From a virus, in IMG/VR virus record IMGVR_UViG_3300031951_000014: a stretch of DNA of 64,000 nt. One strand, written 5' to 3'. The translations under genes and the position numbers were made by a program. Under the pieces are notes generated by a model, which had not been told where the DNA came from, did no database searches, and saw nothing but the letters and a program-made list of their open reading frames with translations. Below, piece by piece: positions 19,102 through 29,488 of this stretch. Each line of letters opens with the position of its first letter. Positions within the stretch are counted from its first letter, which is position 1.

Positions 19102-22100
19102 ATGCCAGCACTTCCTCCTATAGGACCCTACAGGGGAAATCCACGTCTAGATCTTGGATATGATTTACAAAATCCAGTAAATTATGATATAACCCCAGGT
19201 TCAGTTTTAGATAAACTTTCAAAATCTTTTAGAAATTTAGGTAGACAACTATTTGGAGAAAATGAAACTAGCAGGCTAAACACAGCCCTTGTAAGAAATC
19301 TTCAAAGCCCAGTTTCTGCAGCTTCAGCAACTTTTAGAAATATTTATGGAACTGTAGATCAACAATTAGAAACCTACGGTGCTTTTGAGGCTAATTATAG
19401 AAGAGCTATTACCGAAGAATTAAGAGCTGGTGTTGCAATAAGTCCAGCTAGAAGAAGAGCGCTACAAGCAGCTTCAAAATCTACAGGACAAATAGACCTT
19501 AGTTTAATTTCTTCTTTGCAAGAAAGAACTCGTTTAGTTGATGAACTCACCACTAATGTTTTCAAAATGCAAACAATGGTTGAACAACTTGGTTTTCCAG
19601 GAGTATATCTGCCATCAGCAAACCCATTTAGAGCAACAGCAAGAATGGTTACAACAACAGAAGCCGGATATGAGCCGATGTTAGATCTAATGCAACAAGC
19701 AACGTTTACAGTAGATCCATTAGCTGAAAGTGGTGCATATACTGATCCTTTGTCCACATTAAGGGTTGGAACAAGAGCTTTGCCATCATTGTCAGAGTTG
19801 CAAGCTAGAGTTGCAAGAGGCGGGCATGCATCATTAAAAGATTTGCCAAGTACAGCAAGATTATTTTTTGCAGACATTGAAACAACAGGTGTTAGCGATA
19901 TAGATTTAGCTAGATCAATATCAGTAGGAACTGGTTCACTAAAAGATGTTGCGGGCGTAAGAACTGTTGAAATAGATAGAGGAGTAGATCTTGGTGCAAG
20001 ATTCAATACAGCTCAAATGTCTGGTTATGTTTCTGCTGATCCATATGATCTAAGAAGAGTTACCGGATTAGGAACTGCAGTAATAGAAAAGGAAACAAGG
20101 TTCGGGAGTGCCCCAAGAGGTTTGGCAGACAGAATTTATGATTTAACAACAGAAGCTGGCAGAAGTCAGGCTAAAGGATATTATAGTGATTTATTTTCAC
20201 AATTAAGCGCAGACGATGCTTTTTTGGTTGCATACAATGGTCAATTTGACGTTAGGGGAATGGCGACATCAGCAAGATCACTTGGAGTAGACGAAGAAAT
20301 AATTACAAGATTTGAAGAAAGAATGGGTAATGGTGGATTAGTTGACGTTCTAGGAACAGTTAGAGAAAAGCTAAATAATAAATTAGCAAAAAGACTAGAA
20401 ACATCTATGGGTACTCCAGAGCAGAAAGCTATTTTGGGTTTGCAGTCTTTACTTTCTGATTCGGCACTACAACAAGCAAGAGTCGCAGGAGAAGCTGTAA
20501 AACCTTTTGGTCTTGAAAACGTTTTACAGTCTACAAATTTTTTAGAGTTATTAGGAAAAGAAGTTGAAGGCGGATCTGCTGAAGCAACTGAACTGCTTGA
20601 TTTATTATCTTCAAGTCAAGCATCTCACGTTGACTTTACCGATAGAAAAGTCGCAGAAAAAGTATTAGAATATACAGATAGAGATGAACTAGATTTCATA
20701 CAAGGAGTTGGCCTTCCTGGTTTAACTGAATCAACATTTCAAAAAATAGCTTCTGCAAGACTAAACGTTGCCTCATCGAGAGCTATTGTTGCAACAACAA
20801 ATCTAGCTGATCCAAGATATCTTACACAAGCAGCATATGAAAATATAATTGGAACAGACGCAATTCAAAGAATTGAAATGGATACTCCAATGTCTGCAAT
20901 TATTGCAGGCAGTACAGATGAAAGCGCAAGATTAAAATTTGATCCAAATACTGGATCATTTAGATTATTTACTCCCGACCCAACAAACCCTGTCGGTCCA
21001 TCAATAGCAACAGATCTCCCAACAGGTTTTAATCCTCAAGCATTTATTAGGGAAAATATAGATAGAATTAGAGGCCTATCTATAGATTCACCACTTCCTA
21101 TGGGACAGCCAACTTTTCAGACATTGGGCATTAGTCCAATACAAATGACGAATATACATTCAACAAATCAAATGCTGTCTGCAAGAAGAGCACCACTAAT
21201 AGATGCAATAGGATCAAATATTGCAGCAAATGAAGAAGCTCTTATTCAAGGTCTAGTATCAACTCGCCAAATTGGTTTTAACCCACTTCCAGAAACAGCA
21301 GGTTTTGGTGGAGATGTTACAAGGTTAATGAGAGGTACTCATGACCCAGTAACTGAAGTAGCACAAATTGCTTATAGAGACGCTGTATATAATGCCGGTA
21401 TATCAGGGGCATCGATGAACGCAGATGTTAGATCAACATTTGTTGGATTATCTAAAGTAACTTCTCCTTTAATTAAAGAAAATAAATCCTTACTTAGACA
21501 AGTTGCAGAAACAGCAGGTGTATCAACTGGGCCTGTATCTGAAGCACAAATTGCTGGAAGAGTAGAATCGCTTTCTGGACAACTTGGAAGTAATGCAAGA
21601 TATCTTGGAGAACTTGGTGCAGTTACCGCAAGAACACAAAAGCAAATTGTTGCTGGAGAAACAGTAAGTTTACTTCCAAAAACAATTTTAGAAAAATCAA
21701 AAACATTGGATGATTCCGGTAACGTAGTTGGATTCTTAAGTGAACAAGCTATGGGATCAAGGGGCAATGCCTTAAGATTATCTACTCTAAGTAGAGAAAC
21801 TGAAGGTCTGACTGTTAACTTTATATATGGTGGAAGGTTATCTGCAGGATATAGTACAAGAAGAGCAGTAGTTGAAGCTAAGAGTATGTATATGGCCACA
21901 GTAGATCATCTAGCTAGTTTGAGTAGATCACCAGAGGCAATGATAGAAGCAGGTTTAGCAACAACAAGAGAACAAGCAAATCAGGTATTGTCAGCTTTTA
22001 AGCCACTAAATGAAGCAGGTGGAGTTGAGGCATATAAAGTATTCAGTAGATCATATAAAAGAGCTGGAGTTGGTGTAGCAACTTTGGGTGAAAGCGATAA

Positions 22101-22785
22101 AGCACGACAAGTTCAGTCTTTAATACAAGGACTTGCTGGCTCTGCCGATACTGACACGCTTGCAGCTCAAAAAGGTTTAGTAGTTTCTTTGGGTGATATT
22201 AATGAAGAATTTTCTACATTTTTCCCAAGACTTTCTAACGAAGCAGTTTCAGAAGCAACTAGAGTTGGTGGTGCAGGTATAGATTTGGTAACAAGAGCCT
22301 CTGCAACGAAGCAAAGAGAATTATTTAAATCAGTGCTGAGAAGAGGGGTTGATGATCCAGAGTTTTTTGGAAGAATTAGAGGAGCTTTTTCAGCAGCAAG
22401 AGCAGATTCAGGAGTAGGTGGAACGAGCTTATTTGCAGACAGGCTTGCAAGAAATCAACATTTAATTGACAAAGTTGCAAAAATAAAACCAGGAGTTTAT
22501 AAAGGTCTTGGAGCTGTGGCAGCACTAAGTGCTGGTTACTATTTAGGTAAGAGAAGCCAAAAAGAAGATCTGTATGAAGAGGTAATGCAGCAACAGCCAA
22601 CCGAGGCAAATATTGGGCCAATGGCAATAGCTGACTTTAACGCTCTTGATCAACAAATAGCTTCACAATCTTCTTCAAGAAGAGATCCATTAGTTACAGC
22701 AGGTGTAGTAGGAAATTTAGATAGAAATAAAATATCTCATACTCGTATGGGATCTGATAAATACAATCATCTTTTCGGAGCGTAA
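19102..22785 (+). CDS. 1227-aa putative virion/internal protein with a DEDDh 3'-5' exonuclease-like domain
   Basis: ExoI FFADIETTG, ExoII VAYNGQFD, ExoIII-like SHVDFTD; hydrophobic segment near the C-terminus. Confidence 0.6.
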   Translation: MPALPPIGPYRGNPRLDLGYDLQNPVNYDITPGSVLDKLSKSFRNLGRQLFGENETSRLNTALVRNLQSPVSAASATFRNIYGTVDQQLETYGAFEANYRRAITEELRAGVAISPARRRALQAASKSTGQIDLSLISSLQERTRLVDELTTNVFKMQTMVEQLGFPGVYLPSANPFRATARMVTTTEAGYEPMLDLMQQATFTVDPLAESGAYTDPLSTLRVGTRALPSLSELQARVARGGHASLKDLPSTARLFFADIETTGVSDIDLARSISVGTGSLKDVAGVRTVEIDRGVDLGARFNTAQMSGYVSADPYDLRRVTGLGTAVIEKETRFGSAPRGLADRIYDLTTEAGRSQAKGYYSDLFSQLSADDAFLVAYNGQFDVRGMATSARSLGVDEEIITRFEERMGNGGLVDVLGTVREKLNNKLAKRLETSMGTPEQKAILGLQSLLSDSALQQARVAGEAVKPFGLENVLQSTNFLELLGKEVEGGSAEATELLDLLSSSQASHVDFTDRKVAEKVLEYTDRDELDFIQGVGLPGLTESTFQKIASARLNVASSRAIVATTNLADPRYLTQAAYENIIGTDAIQRIEMDTPMSAIIAGSTDESARLKFDPNTGSFRLFTPDPTNPVGPSIATDLPTGFNPQAFIRENIDRIRGLSIDSPLPMGQPTFQTLGISPIQMTNIHSTNQMLSARRAPLIDAIGSNIAANEEALIQGLVSTRQIGFNPLPETAGFGGDVTRLMRGTHDPVTEVAQIAYRDAVYNAGISGASMNADVRSTFVGLSKVTSPLIKENKSLLRQVAETAGVSTGPVSEAQIAGRVESLSGQLGSNARYLGELGAVTARTQKQIVAGETVSLLPKTILEKSKTLDDSGNVVGFLSEQAMGSRGNALRLSTLSRETEGLTVNFIYGGRLSAGYSTRRAVVEAKSMYMATVDHLASLSRSPEAMIEAGLATTREQANQVLSAFKPLNEAGGVEAYKVFSRSYKRAGVGVATLGESDKARQVQSLIQGLAGSADTDTLAAQKGLVVSLGDINEEFSTFFPRLSNEAVSEATRVGGAGIDLVTRASATKQRELFKSVLRRGVDDPEFFGRIRGAFSAARADSGVGGTSLFADRLARNQHLIDKVAKIKPGVYKGLGAVAALSAGYYLGKRSQKEDLYEEVMQQQPTEANIGPMAIADFNALDQQIASQSSSRRDPLVTAGVVGNLDRNKISHTRMGSDKYNHLFGA

Positions 22786-22787
22786 AA

Positions 22788-23417
22788 ATGCCACTTTTAG
22801 ATTCAATAGCAAGAAGATATGGTCCAAGAATTGCTCCTGCAATGACATCAGTTGGCAGAAGAGCTTTGGGCTTCAGTGGAATGGGCAAAACTGGTGCAAT
22901 AGCAGCAGGAGCTTACATAGGTTATAAGGGCGTAAAAGGCTTTACTGACCAAGTAGTTCCAAACGCAATAGATAATGCAATGGATGTTGCATTTGGTGAT
23001 CCACAAGCAGATAGAGCAGTTTTAGGAACTGATTTAACTCCATCAATGCTGTATATGAATAGCGGACTTCCAGGACGAAGTATTGCTAGAGCAAGAAATT
23101 TATCAAGGACAGGAGTTAACACAGGGCCAGTAGGAGCTGCAATTCCACCAATGCTAGGTATTGGCGGCGGCGCTGCTGCTGGTGCCATTGTTGGTTCAAT
23201 TGGAGGTTTTAGTCCAAAAATCGGTGCAGCAATTGGTGGGGCAATTGGTGGGGCAGTTGGAACAGCAATAAGTGGAAATAACATTATTGGAACAGCAGCA
23301 AGAAATAGACAAATACTTTCTGAATCACCATTTTATAATCAATCACTACTTACCGCACAAAGACTAAATGCAAGCGGCAACATAGTTCTCGGTATGCATA
23401 ACCAGAGGAGAGGCTAA
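22788..23417 (+). CDS. Gly-rich putative internal/ejection protein
   Basis: Glycine-zipper GAAIGGAIGGAVG segments. Confidence 0.55.
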   Translation: MPLLDSIARRYGPRIAPAMTSVGRRALGFSGMGKTGAIAAGAYIGYKGVKGFTDQVVPNAIDNAMDVAFGDPQADRAVLGTDLTPSMLYMNSGLPGRSIARARNLSRTGVNTGPVGAAIPPMLGIGGGAAAGAIVGSIGGFSPKIGAAIGGAIGGAVGTAISGNNIIGTAARNRQILSESPFYNQSLLTAQRLNASGNIVLGMHNQRRG

Positions 23418-25051
23418 TGGCATTAAATCCATTAACTGGCCAAATGGAATATGGGGATTATTCATACGATCCACAAAATATGACCGCTGGAATGGCAATG
23501 CGTGGGATGGCAAAAGGTGACGTGGATGTTCCACTAGCATTTCAACTTACTGAGTCAATTCCTGGGCTATCTACAACATCATTGGTTAACTCTAGAAGAT
23601 ATGCAAATACTTTATTTAAAGGTGGATTTGCCGATGTTGGAGCAGGAACTACAGGAAGAAGATTAAGTAGGGCTAAAAAACTAGGAGGTTTTGTAGGTAA
23701 TCAAACTGCAGTTCCTGGTTCAAGTTCAGGAATGTTTTTTGGAGCTAATTCAAACTCTAAATTTCTTAGAAATCTTGCTCAAAAAAGAGCAGCTAAGGCA
23801 AATGCTACACCTTTTCTTAGTCAGTCATTAAATACAAACTTTAGACCTAGAGCTCTTAATAGATTATCAAGCCTTACCTCATTAACGGGAGATAAATCTT
23901 TAGGTTTTTATACTCCATTCCAAAGTATGTCAGGAATGGTAAGTGGAGCATTTGATAAGTCAGCTAGATTACGTTCATTAGCAAAGTTAGAGGAAGGCGA
24001 TAAAGCATTCTCTGGTGGAGTTTTAGGTAGAATTGAATCAATCAACAGAATTAGTAATCTTGAATCAACCATAGCTAGAGGAACATCAAAATTAGCTAGT
24101 GGTGGAACAATGAGCCGTCGCCAATCAATAAGGTACGGTAAAGCAATTGCTCAAAAATCTAAACTAGTTGACAATATAGCTAGAGTACAATCACTTGCTA
24201 ATCCATCATTAAATGCTATTCAAAATAGCCCAGCAGTAACAAGAGCTGCAATAACTGCAAGACAATCAACAAGAGCAGCAATGAGAGCTGGCTCATCAAT
24301 ACTTTCTCCGGGCACTACAGCCCCAACTAGAGTTATAGCTTCTGCAGTAAGAGCTTCTGGACAAGCTGCAAGAACAGCTGCAAATGCAGCAGCACTTTCA
24401 AATTACATGGATATTGCGGCAAATCCAACTAGAGCAGTAGCATCAACAATGACGACAGGAAAACTATCCAATAGAATAACTAGCTACTACGCTGGAACTG
24501 TTGATCTAATGAATATGACATCTGGTCAACAAAGATTAATGCACAAGGTAAGTACTAGATTAGGCGCAAATAGTGGAATGAGTGCAAAAACTTTTGCAGC
24601 TAATTTTATGGATGACTTTGCTGCTGGCGGCAAGTACACAGGAAACTTCTTAGCAAGAGGTGCTGGTGGAGGAAAGATGATGGCTACAGCTTTCCAATAT
24701 GCCAAAGCAGGTGGAAAAACATCAACAGCACTTAAATTTGGTGCCATGGGAGCATCAAGAACTTTAGGAGCAGCCTTAACTCCTCTTAACGTACTTGCAA
24801 CTGGGCAATTAATATATGATATTGGAAAAGGTTTTGGAAAAGTTGCTGTAGCTGGAGCAAATTTTGCAAAAGATGCGCTAAAATCTATGCAAGGATCAAT
24901 TAGTAAACCAATGTTTGGAACTGGTTTTAAAGATAACGAAGTTGCTGCTACATCAAGAGCTAGAGGTGTAATGGCAATACAAAATTCAAGACTTAACGCA
25001 AGAAGCTTGTTAGGTTCAGAAGCATCAATGATGGCAGCACATTTTGGATAA
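23417..25051 (+). CDS. basic Ala/Gly-rich putative internal virion protein (544 aa)
   Basis: Composition and position just before terL. Confidence 0.55.
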   Translation: MALNPLTGQMEYGDYSYDPQNMTAGMAMRGMAKGDVDVPLAFQLTESIPGLSTTSLVNSRRYANTLFKGGFADVGAGTTGRRLSRAKKLGGFVGNQTAVPGSSSGMFFGANSNSKFLRNLAQKRAAKANATPFLSQSLNTNFRPRALNRLSSLTSLTGDKSLGFYTPFQSMSGMVSGAFDKSARLRSLAKLEEGDKAFSGGVLGRIESINRISNLESTIARGTSKLASGGTMSRRQSIRYGKAIAQKSKLVDNIARVQSLANPSLNAIQNSPAVTRAAITARQSTRAAMRAGSSILSPGTTAPTRVIASAVRASGQAARTAANAAALSNYMDIAANPTRAVASTMTTGKLSNRITSYYAGTVDLMNMTSGQQRLMHKVSTRLGANSGMSAKTFAANFMDDFAAGGKYTGNFLARGAGGGKMMATAFQYAKAGGKTSTALKFGAMGASRTLGAALTPLNVLATGQLIYDIGKGFGKVAVAGANFAKDALKSMQGSISKPMFGTGFKDNEVAATSRARGVMAIQNSRLNARSLLGSEASMMAAHFG

Positions 25052-25053
25052 TT

Positions 25054-26928
25054 ATGACTCAAACATTAAAAAATAAAACATTAAAATTTAGACAAAATTT
25101 AGAAAAACTGTCTAGAGAAGATCTTATTGAAATAATAAGAGAGCAAGATCCAGAAACTGTTAAGCAGGTTAATAGAATTGAATGGGTGTTTAAAAATAAA
25201 CTTCAACATCTTAGTTGGATGAGTGGAGAACCTATTACAGAAAGACCCTTAACAAATAGAGAGCTTTCATTGTTAATTGATGAACCATTTGAGGTTGATG
25301 TTGATTTACTTGATGCAGGAATTTCTACTGAACAGCAAAGACAAATACATCTTGCAAAAGATCCTTGTGTTTGGGCAAAGCAATTTTTGGGAGCAGAAAC
25401 AAGAGTCTATCAAACCTTGATTTTACGTGATCCAGCATTAAGAAAAGTTTTAAGAGCTGGTCGTCGTTTAGGAAAAACATTTAGTATGGCTATTGCACTT
25501 CTGCATTATAGCTATACTCATAAAGACGGCAGATGTTTGGTTATAGCTCCAATGAAATCTCACGTAGAATTGATATATCAAGAAATTGTTAGACTCGCAT
25601 CTAAAAATGAAATAGTTTTAAACTCTATAACAAGAAAAGTTACTAGTCCTCAGTTTATGATTCAATTTTCTAATGGATCAACAATTAGATTCTTTACATC
25701 TGGTATGCGCTCAGGTGGAAAATCAGACGTAGCTCGTGGTCAGGAAGCACACGTAATTGTTTTAGACGAAATGGACTACATGCACGCAGATGACCTTGAC
25801 GCCCTATATGCAATGTTGCAAAAAACCGCAGAAGATCAACCAGATAAAGTTCTTATTGGCGCATCTACTCCAACTGGTAGAAGAGAAAGATTTTGGGAAT
25901 GGTGTAGGTCAGAAAGATTTAAAGAATTTTGGTTTCCATCTTATTGCAACCCATTCTTTAGTAAAGATCAAGAAGATGAATTTAGAGAACAATATTCAGA
26001 AATTGGTTACAGACATGAAATTGAAGCAGACTGGGGAGAAGATGCAGAAGGCGTTTACCCTAGGAAGTTTGTAGACAGAGCTTTTGTCGAACCAGGTTGG
26101 GATTATGTAACTGAAGTCACTTCGGCTAGAAACTTTTATACCATAGGAGTTGACTGGGACAAATACGGAGCTGGAACAAACATAGTTGTTTTAGAAGTCT
26201 GTGCAGATTCGTATGAAGATGAACAATTCAGAAATAAAGTAAAACTCTGCTACAGAGAAGAAATAGAAAGATCCGAATATACTCTGACAACAGCTGTCCA
26301 AAGAATAGTCCATTTAAATTCAATCTATAACCCAAAACATATTTATGTTGATAGAGGTTATGGTGAAGTCCAAGTAGAACTACTTCATAAATATGGTGTA
26401 GAAAATCCAATCAGTGGATTAAGAGAAAAGGTAAAAGGAGTTAGTTTTAGCGAAACCATTGATATTAGGGATCCCTATACTAAACAGTTAGTTAAAAAAG
26501 AAATTAAACCGTACATGGTTGACAATCTTAGACAATATTTAGAAAAAGAAATTTTAAATATATCTGAAAAAGATACAGAAATGTATATGCAACTAATATC
26601 TTATGTGGTTTTAAGAACCACTCAAACTGGTAGACCGGTTTTTGAAGCTAGTGGATCAGCCGTAGATCACGCACACGACGCACTGATGCTAGCACTGCTG
26701 GCAATAACCGAAAATTACGGAGATCTTCATAAAGTAAAATATACTACTCGAACAGAAACATTTTCAAATACATTTTTTATGCCAAAGCCACCGTCGTCTG
26801 AAGATGAAGATGATAAAATTGTAAGTGCAATACCCCCAAGAGCAGAAAAGTTAATGCCATCTAAATTTGGTTATAAAAAATCGTTTAGAAAAAGAGGCAC
26901 TGCTCCGATTAAAAGAAAGACTTTCTAA
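25054..26928 (+). CDS. terL: terminase large subunit
   Basis: Walker A GRRLGKT, Walker B VIVLDE, coupling motif STP, nuclease IGVDW...DHAHDAL. Confidence 0.92.
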   Translation: MTQTLKNKTLKFRQNLEKLSREDLIEIIREQDPETVKQVNRIEWVFKNKLQHLSWMSGEPITERPLTNRELSLLIDEPFEVDVDLLDAGISTEQQRQIHLAKDPCVWAKQFLGAETRVYQTLILRDPALRKVLRAGRRLGKTFSMAIALLHYSYTHKDGRCLVIAPMKSHVELIYQEIVRLASKNEIVLNSITRKVTSPQFMIQFSNGSTIRFFTSGMRSGGKSDVARGQEAHVIVLDEMDYMHADDLDALYAMLQKTAEDQPDKVLIGASTPTGRRERFWEWCRSERFKEFWFPSYCNPFFSKDQEDEFREQYSEIGYRHEIEADWGEDAEGVYPRKFVDRAFVEPGWDYVTEVTSARNFYTIGVDWDKYGAGTNIVVLEVCADSYEDEQFRNKVKLCYREEIERSEYTLTTAVQRIVHLNSIYNPKHIYVDRGYGEVQVELLHKYGVENPISGLREKVKGVSFSETIDIRDPYTKQLVKKEIKPYMVDNLRQYLEKEILNISEKDTEMYMQLISYVVLRTTQTGRPVFEASGSAVDHAHDALMLALLAITENYGDLHKVKYTTRTETFSNTFFMPKPPSSEDEDDKIVSAIPPRAEKLMPSKFGYKKSFRKRGTAPIKRKTF

Positions 26929-26930
26929 AG

Positions 26931-28505
26931 ATGCCACAATATGGGATAGGAGAACCTAACGCAGTTGAAGGTATTTTTTCTAATTCTACAGAAAATGTAT
27001 CTGGATATACTTCTTTAGACCAAAGGGCTGCAGCTAGAAGTGCTGCTGGTATTTCAGACACTCCTGCAAAATATCTCACAGATTTTTCACAAGTTCCAAT
27101 TTCAGAAGTTAGATCACACGTATTTTATGCAGAAAATATTATTTCTGAATTGATAAGAGAAATAGATATAAATCTTGAACAAGTAAATATTAACGCTTAC
27201 TGCAATATAGAGTTAGAAACAGCTCATAAAGCAGTTTGGAAAGATATTACTAAAACTAATGAAACAGCTAAAGATTTAGAAACACCAAACTATATCCCAT
27301 ATAAAGAATATATTTACGCATCACAACATCTTTGTAGAGCATGTAGAGACTTAGTAAAAAATTATGATCTTTCAATTAGTCATACTACATTCGGTCATTT
27401 AATTGACATTAAAAAAATTCTTTTGTACATAAAAAATGAAATTGTAATAATTAGAAATATTGTTACACACCATTTAGGGGAGGCATATAAAGATGAGACA
27501 GAAAGTCAAATTGCCAAACATTTATCTGACTGGGCCAAAACAGCTACGCATTATACGAAACAGTTGGCTAAAGAAATCACAAATCCTACGGCAACAATTC
27601 CTCAATCAGAAGTAGAAAAAATTACTGAAAAACATGCAGCCCAATTCCAATCATTTTTTGCGTTAAAAGTTAATTCATACATTTCAGAAATACAAACTAT
27701 TTCAAACTTAATTAAAAGGGATTCTGTTGATATAGCTCAAACTTTTTATTCAAGCTATTTACTTCCAGCAATGTCATTTAAGTCATCGGTAATTGAGCCG
27801 CTTGTTTTTGACTTTACCACGTCTGCTATATCAAGAGAATGCCCAACCCTAGCTGGTGAAATTGTAATGGCTAATAATGCAGTTACGGGCAACTTAGGTT
27901 CAGTTACAACTGACTACATTGAGAGAAGAATCCAGTTCTCATCTAGAATGGATGGAATTTTACAGTCTATTTCTCTTAAAAGAAGATATGTGAACTACAT
28001 AGTTCAACTAGAGTCTATTGCAATACAAAGAGTAAAAATTCTTTCTCAAACAACTGACGAAAATATTGAAATCTATAAAGATTTGTTTGAATCTATGCCA
28101 GTAGACTCAGAAAAAAGAAGTAGCCTTAGATCTTCTCACGCTCAGCTAGATGATCTTGACGGAGATGCTCACCCTCAATATTTAAGAAGAGATGGCGGAA
28201 CAATTACTGGTAATGTCTTCTTGGCAGAAGGTGCAACAATAGGCGGAATGCCACTTGCTACCCACTCACACTCAGGTATTGATGGTTCAGCCCCAATAAG
28301 TGCTAAAAGCATTGACTACACTTCTGGCAGAGAAGAGTACTACAGCTCTTTAGGTGAAAACGGCTATTCTAATATAACCCTAACAGGATTAGAGCAGAGC
28401 ACTTTAGTGGGCGGTGGACTCTACTTTGATGCAACTTTTGAAATAGAAATAGATGATGACAAAATAAACTCATACGAGTTTGAAATACTATATAACGAGA
28501 TATAA
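26931..28505 (+). CDS. structural protein (524 aa)
   Basis: HAQLDDLDGDAHPQYL fibre-type motif near the C-terminus. Confidence 0.6.
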   Translation: MPQYGIGEPNAVEGIFSNSTENVSGYTSLDQRAAARSAAGISDTPAKYLTDFSQVPISEVRSHVFYAENIISELIREIDINLEQVNINAYCNIELETAHKAVWKDITKTNETAKDLETPNYIPYKEYIYASQHLCRACRDLVKNYDLSISHTTFGHLIDIKKILLYIKNEIVIIRNIVTHHLGEAYKDETESQIAKHLSDWAKTATHYTKQLAKEITNPTATIPQSEVEKITEKHAAQFQSFFALKVNSYISEIQTISNLIKRDSVDIAQTFYSSYLLPAMSFKSSVIEPLVFDFTTSAISRECPTLAGEIVMANNAVTGNLGSVTTDYIERRIQFSSRMDGILQSISLKRRYVNYIVQLESIAIQRVKILSQTTDENIEIYKDLFESMPVDSEKRSSLRSSHAQLDDLDGDAHPQYLRRDGGTITGNVFLAEGATIGGMPLATHSHSGIDGSAPISAKSIDYTSGREEYYSSLGENGYSNITLTGLEQSTLVGGGLYFDATFEIEIDDDKINSYEFEILYNEI

Positions 28506-28507
28506 TT

Positions 28508-29488
28508 ATGACTTGGTTTACATATACAAAAAACTCTTCAACGACATATGCACCAGTGAGAAGAAAAATACTTTTTCCTACCCTTACTGAAAATTTAAAA
28601 CAGGGAGATTGGGTTCATGTTAATCTTGGTTCTTTAGATATTGGGCGTCTATATTATTATGAAGATGGATTAATCAAAAATAAAATTGACTCTGATTCAT
28701 ATTTAGTTGTTTATGAAACAGCAACAGCTTACACACCAACATATAGTTTGATTTTAGGTGGATCAAGTGAATTTGATTATCAAAAAAATTTATGGTTTAA
28801 ATCTGTAACTGCAGGCACTGCAGGTTCAGAACTTCCTGGGACTTATTATATCTATTATCATAAGGATAACATTCAGTACATTCAGTTAAGTTCTGGTTCA
28901 TATATTTCTACAACACCTACATCAGGGGCTAATTATATTGGCCAAGAAACAGGTTCTTTCAATAATTCAATTGATCAATATTCAACTGTAGTACAAAATG
29001 GAGCATCAAATGAGAGAATTGTCTCTCTATCATTTTTAGGCACTGCTGGAATTTGGATGAATAATCAATCTTCAGCTCCAGGAGCTAAAGCAGTTGGAAT
29101 TTTTAATGGTCCAAAATTAAATATTTATGCAGAAAAAGGACCAGACTGTGGAAAGATTAGAATAAAAGTTATAAAAATTTCAGCAATAGGTGAAGGACAA
29201 AAGGTAATAAAATCAAATATAGATATTGATTTGTACGCGCCTGTGGTTCAAGAAAATCAGAATATATATTCTTTAGATATTATTTCTGATAATACATTTT
29301 TTGTTTATGAAGAAATATATGGAGATTTTTCTTTTGAAATAGAAATTTTAAATGAAAAAAACGCATCTTCATCTGGGAATAGATGTAAAATAGAAAAATA
29401 TACTTTTTCAAAAAGATATAATCTTTCTTTAAATGATGAAGAAGTAAAACCAGATATAGCTTTTAAGTCAGTAGGTGGGTTAAAATAA
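28508..29488 (+). CDS. structural protein, beta-rich (326 aa)
   Basis: ORF in structural operon. Confidence 0.6.
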   Translation: MTWFTYTKNSSTTYAPVRRKILFPTLTENLKQGDWVHVNLGSLDIGRLYYYEDGLIKNKIDSDSYLVVYETATAYTPTYSLILGGSSEFDYQKNLWFKSVTAGTAGSELPGTYYIYYHKDNIQYIQLSSGSYISTTPTSGANYIGQETGSFNNSIDQYSTVVQNGASNERIVSLSFLGTAGIWMNNQSSAPGAKAVGIFNGPKLNIYAEKGPDCGKIRIKVIKISAIGEGQKVIKSNIDIDLYAPVVQENQNIYSLDIISDNTFFVYEEIYGDFSFEIEILNEKNASSSGNRCKIEKYTFSKRYNLSLNDEEVKPDIAFKSVGGLK

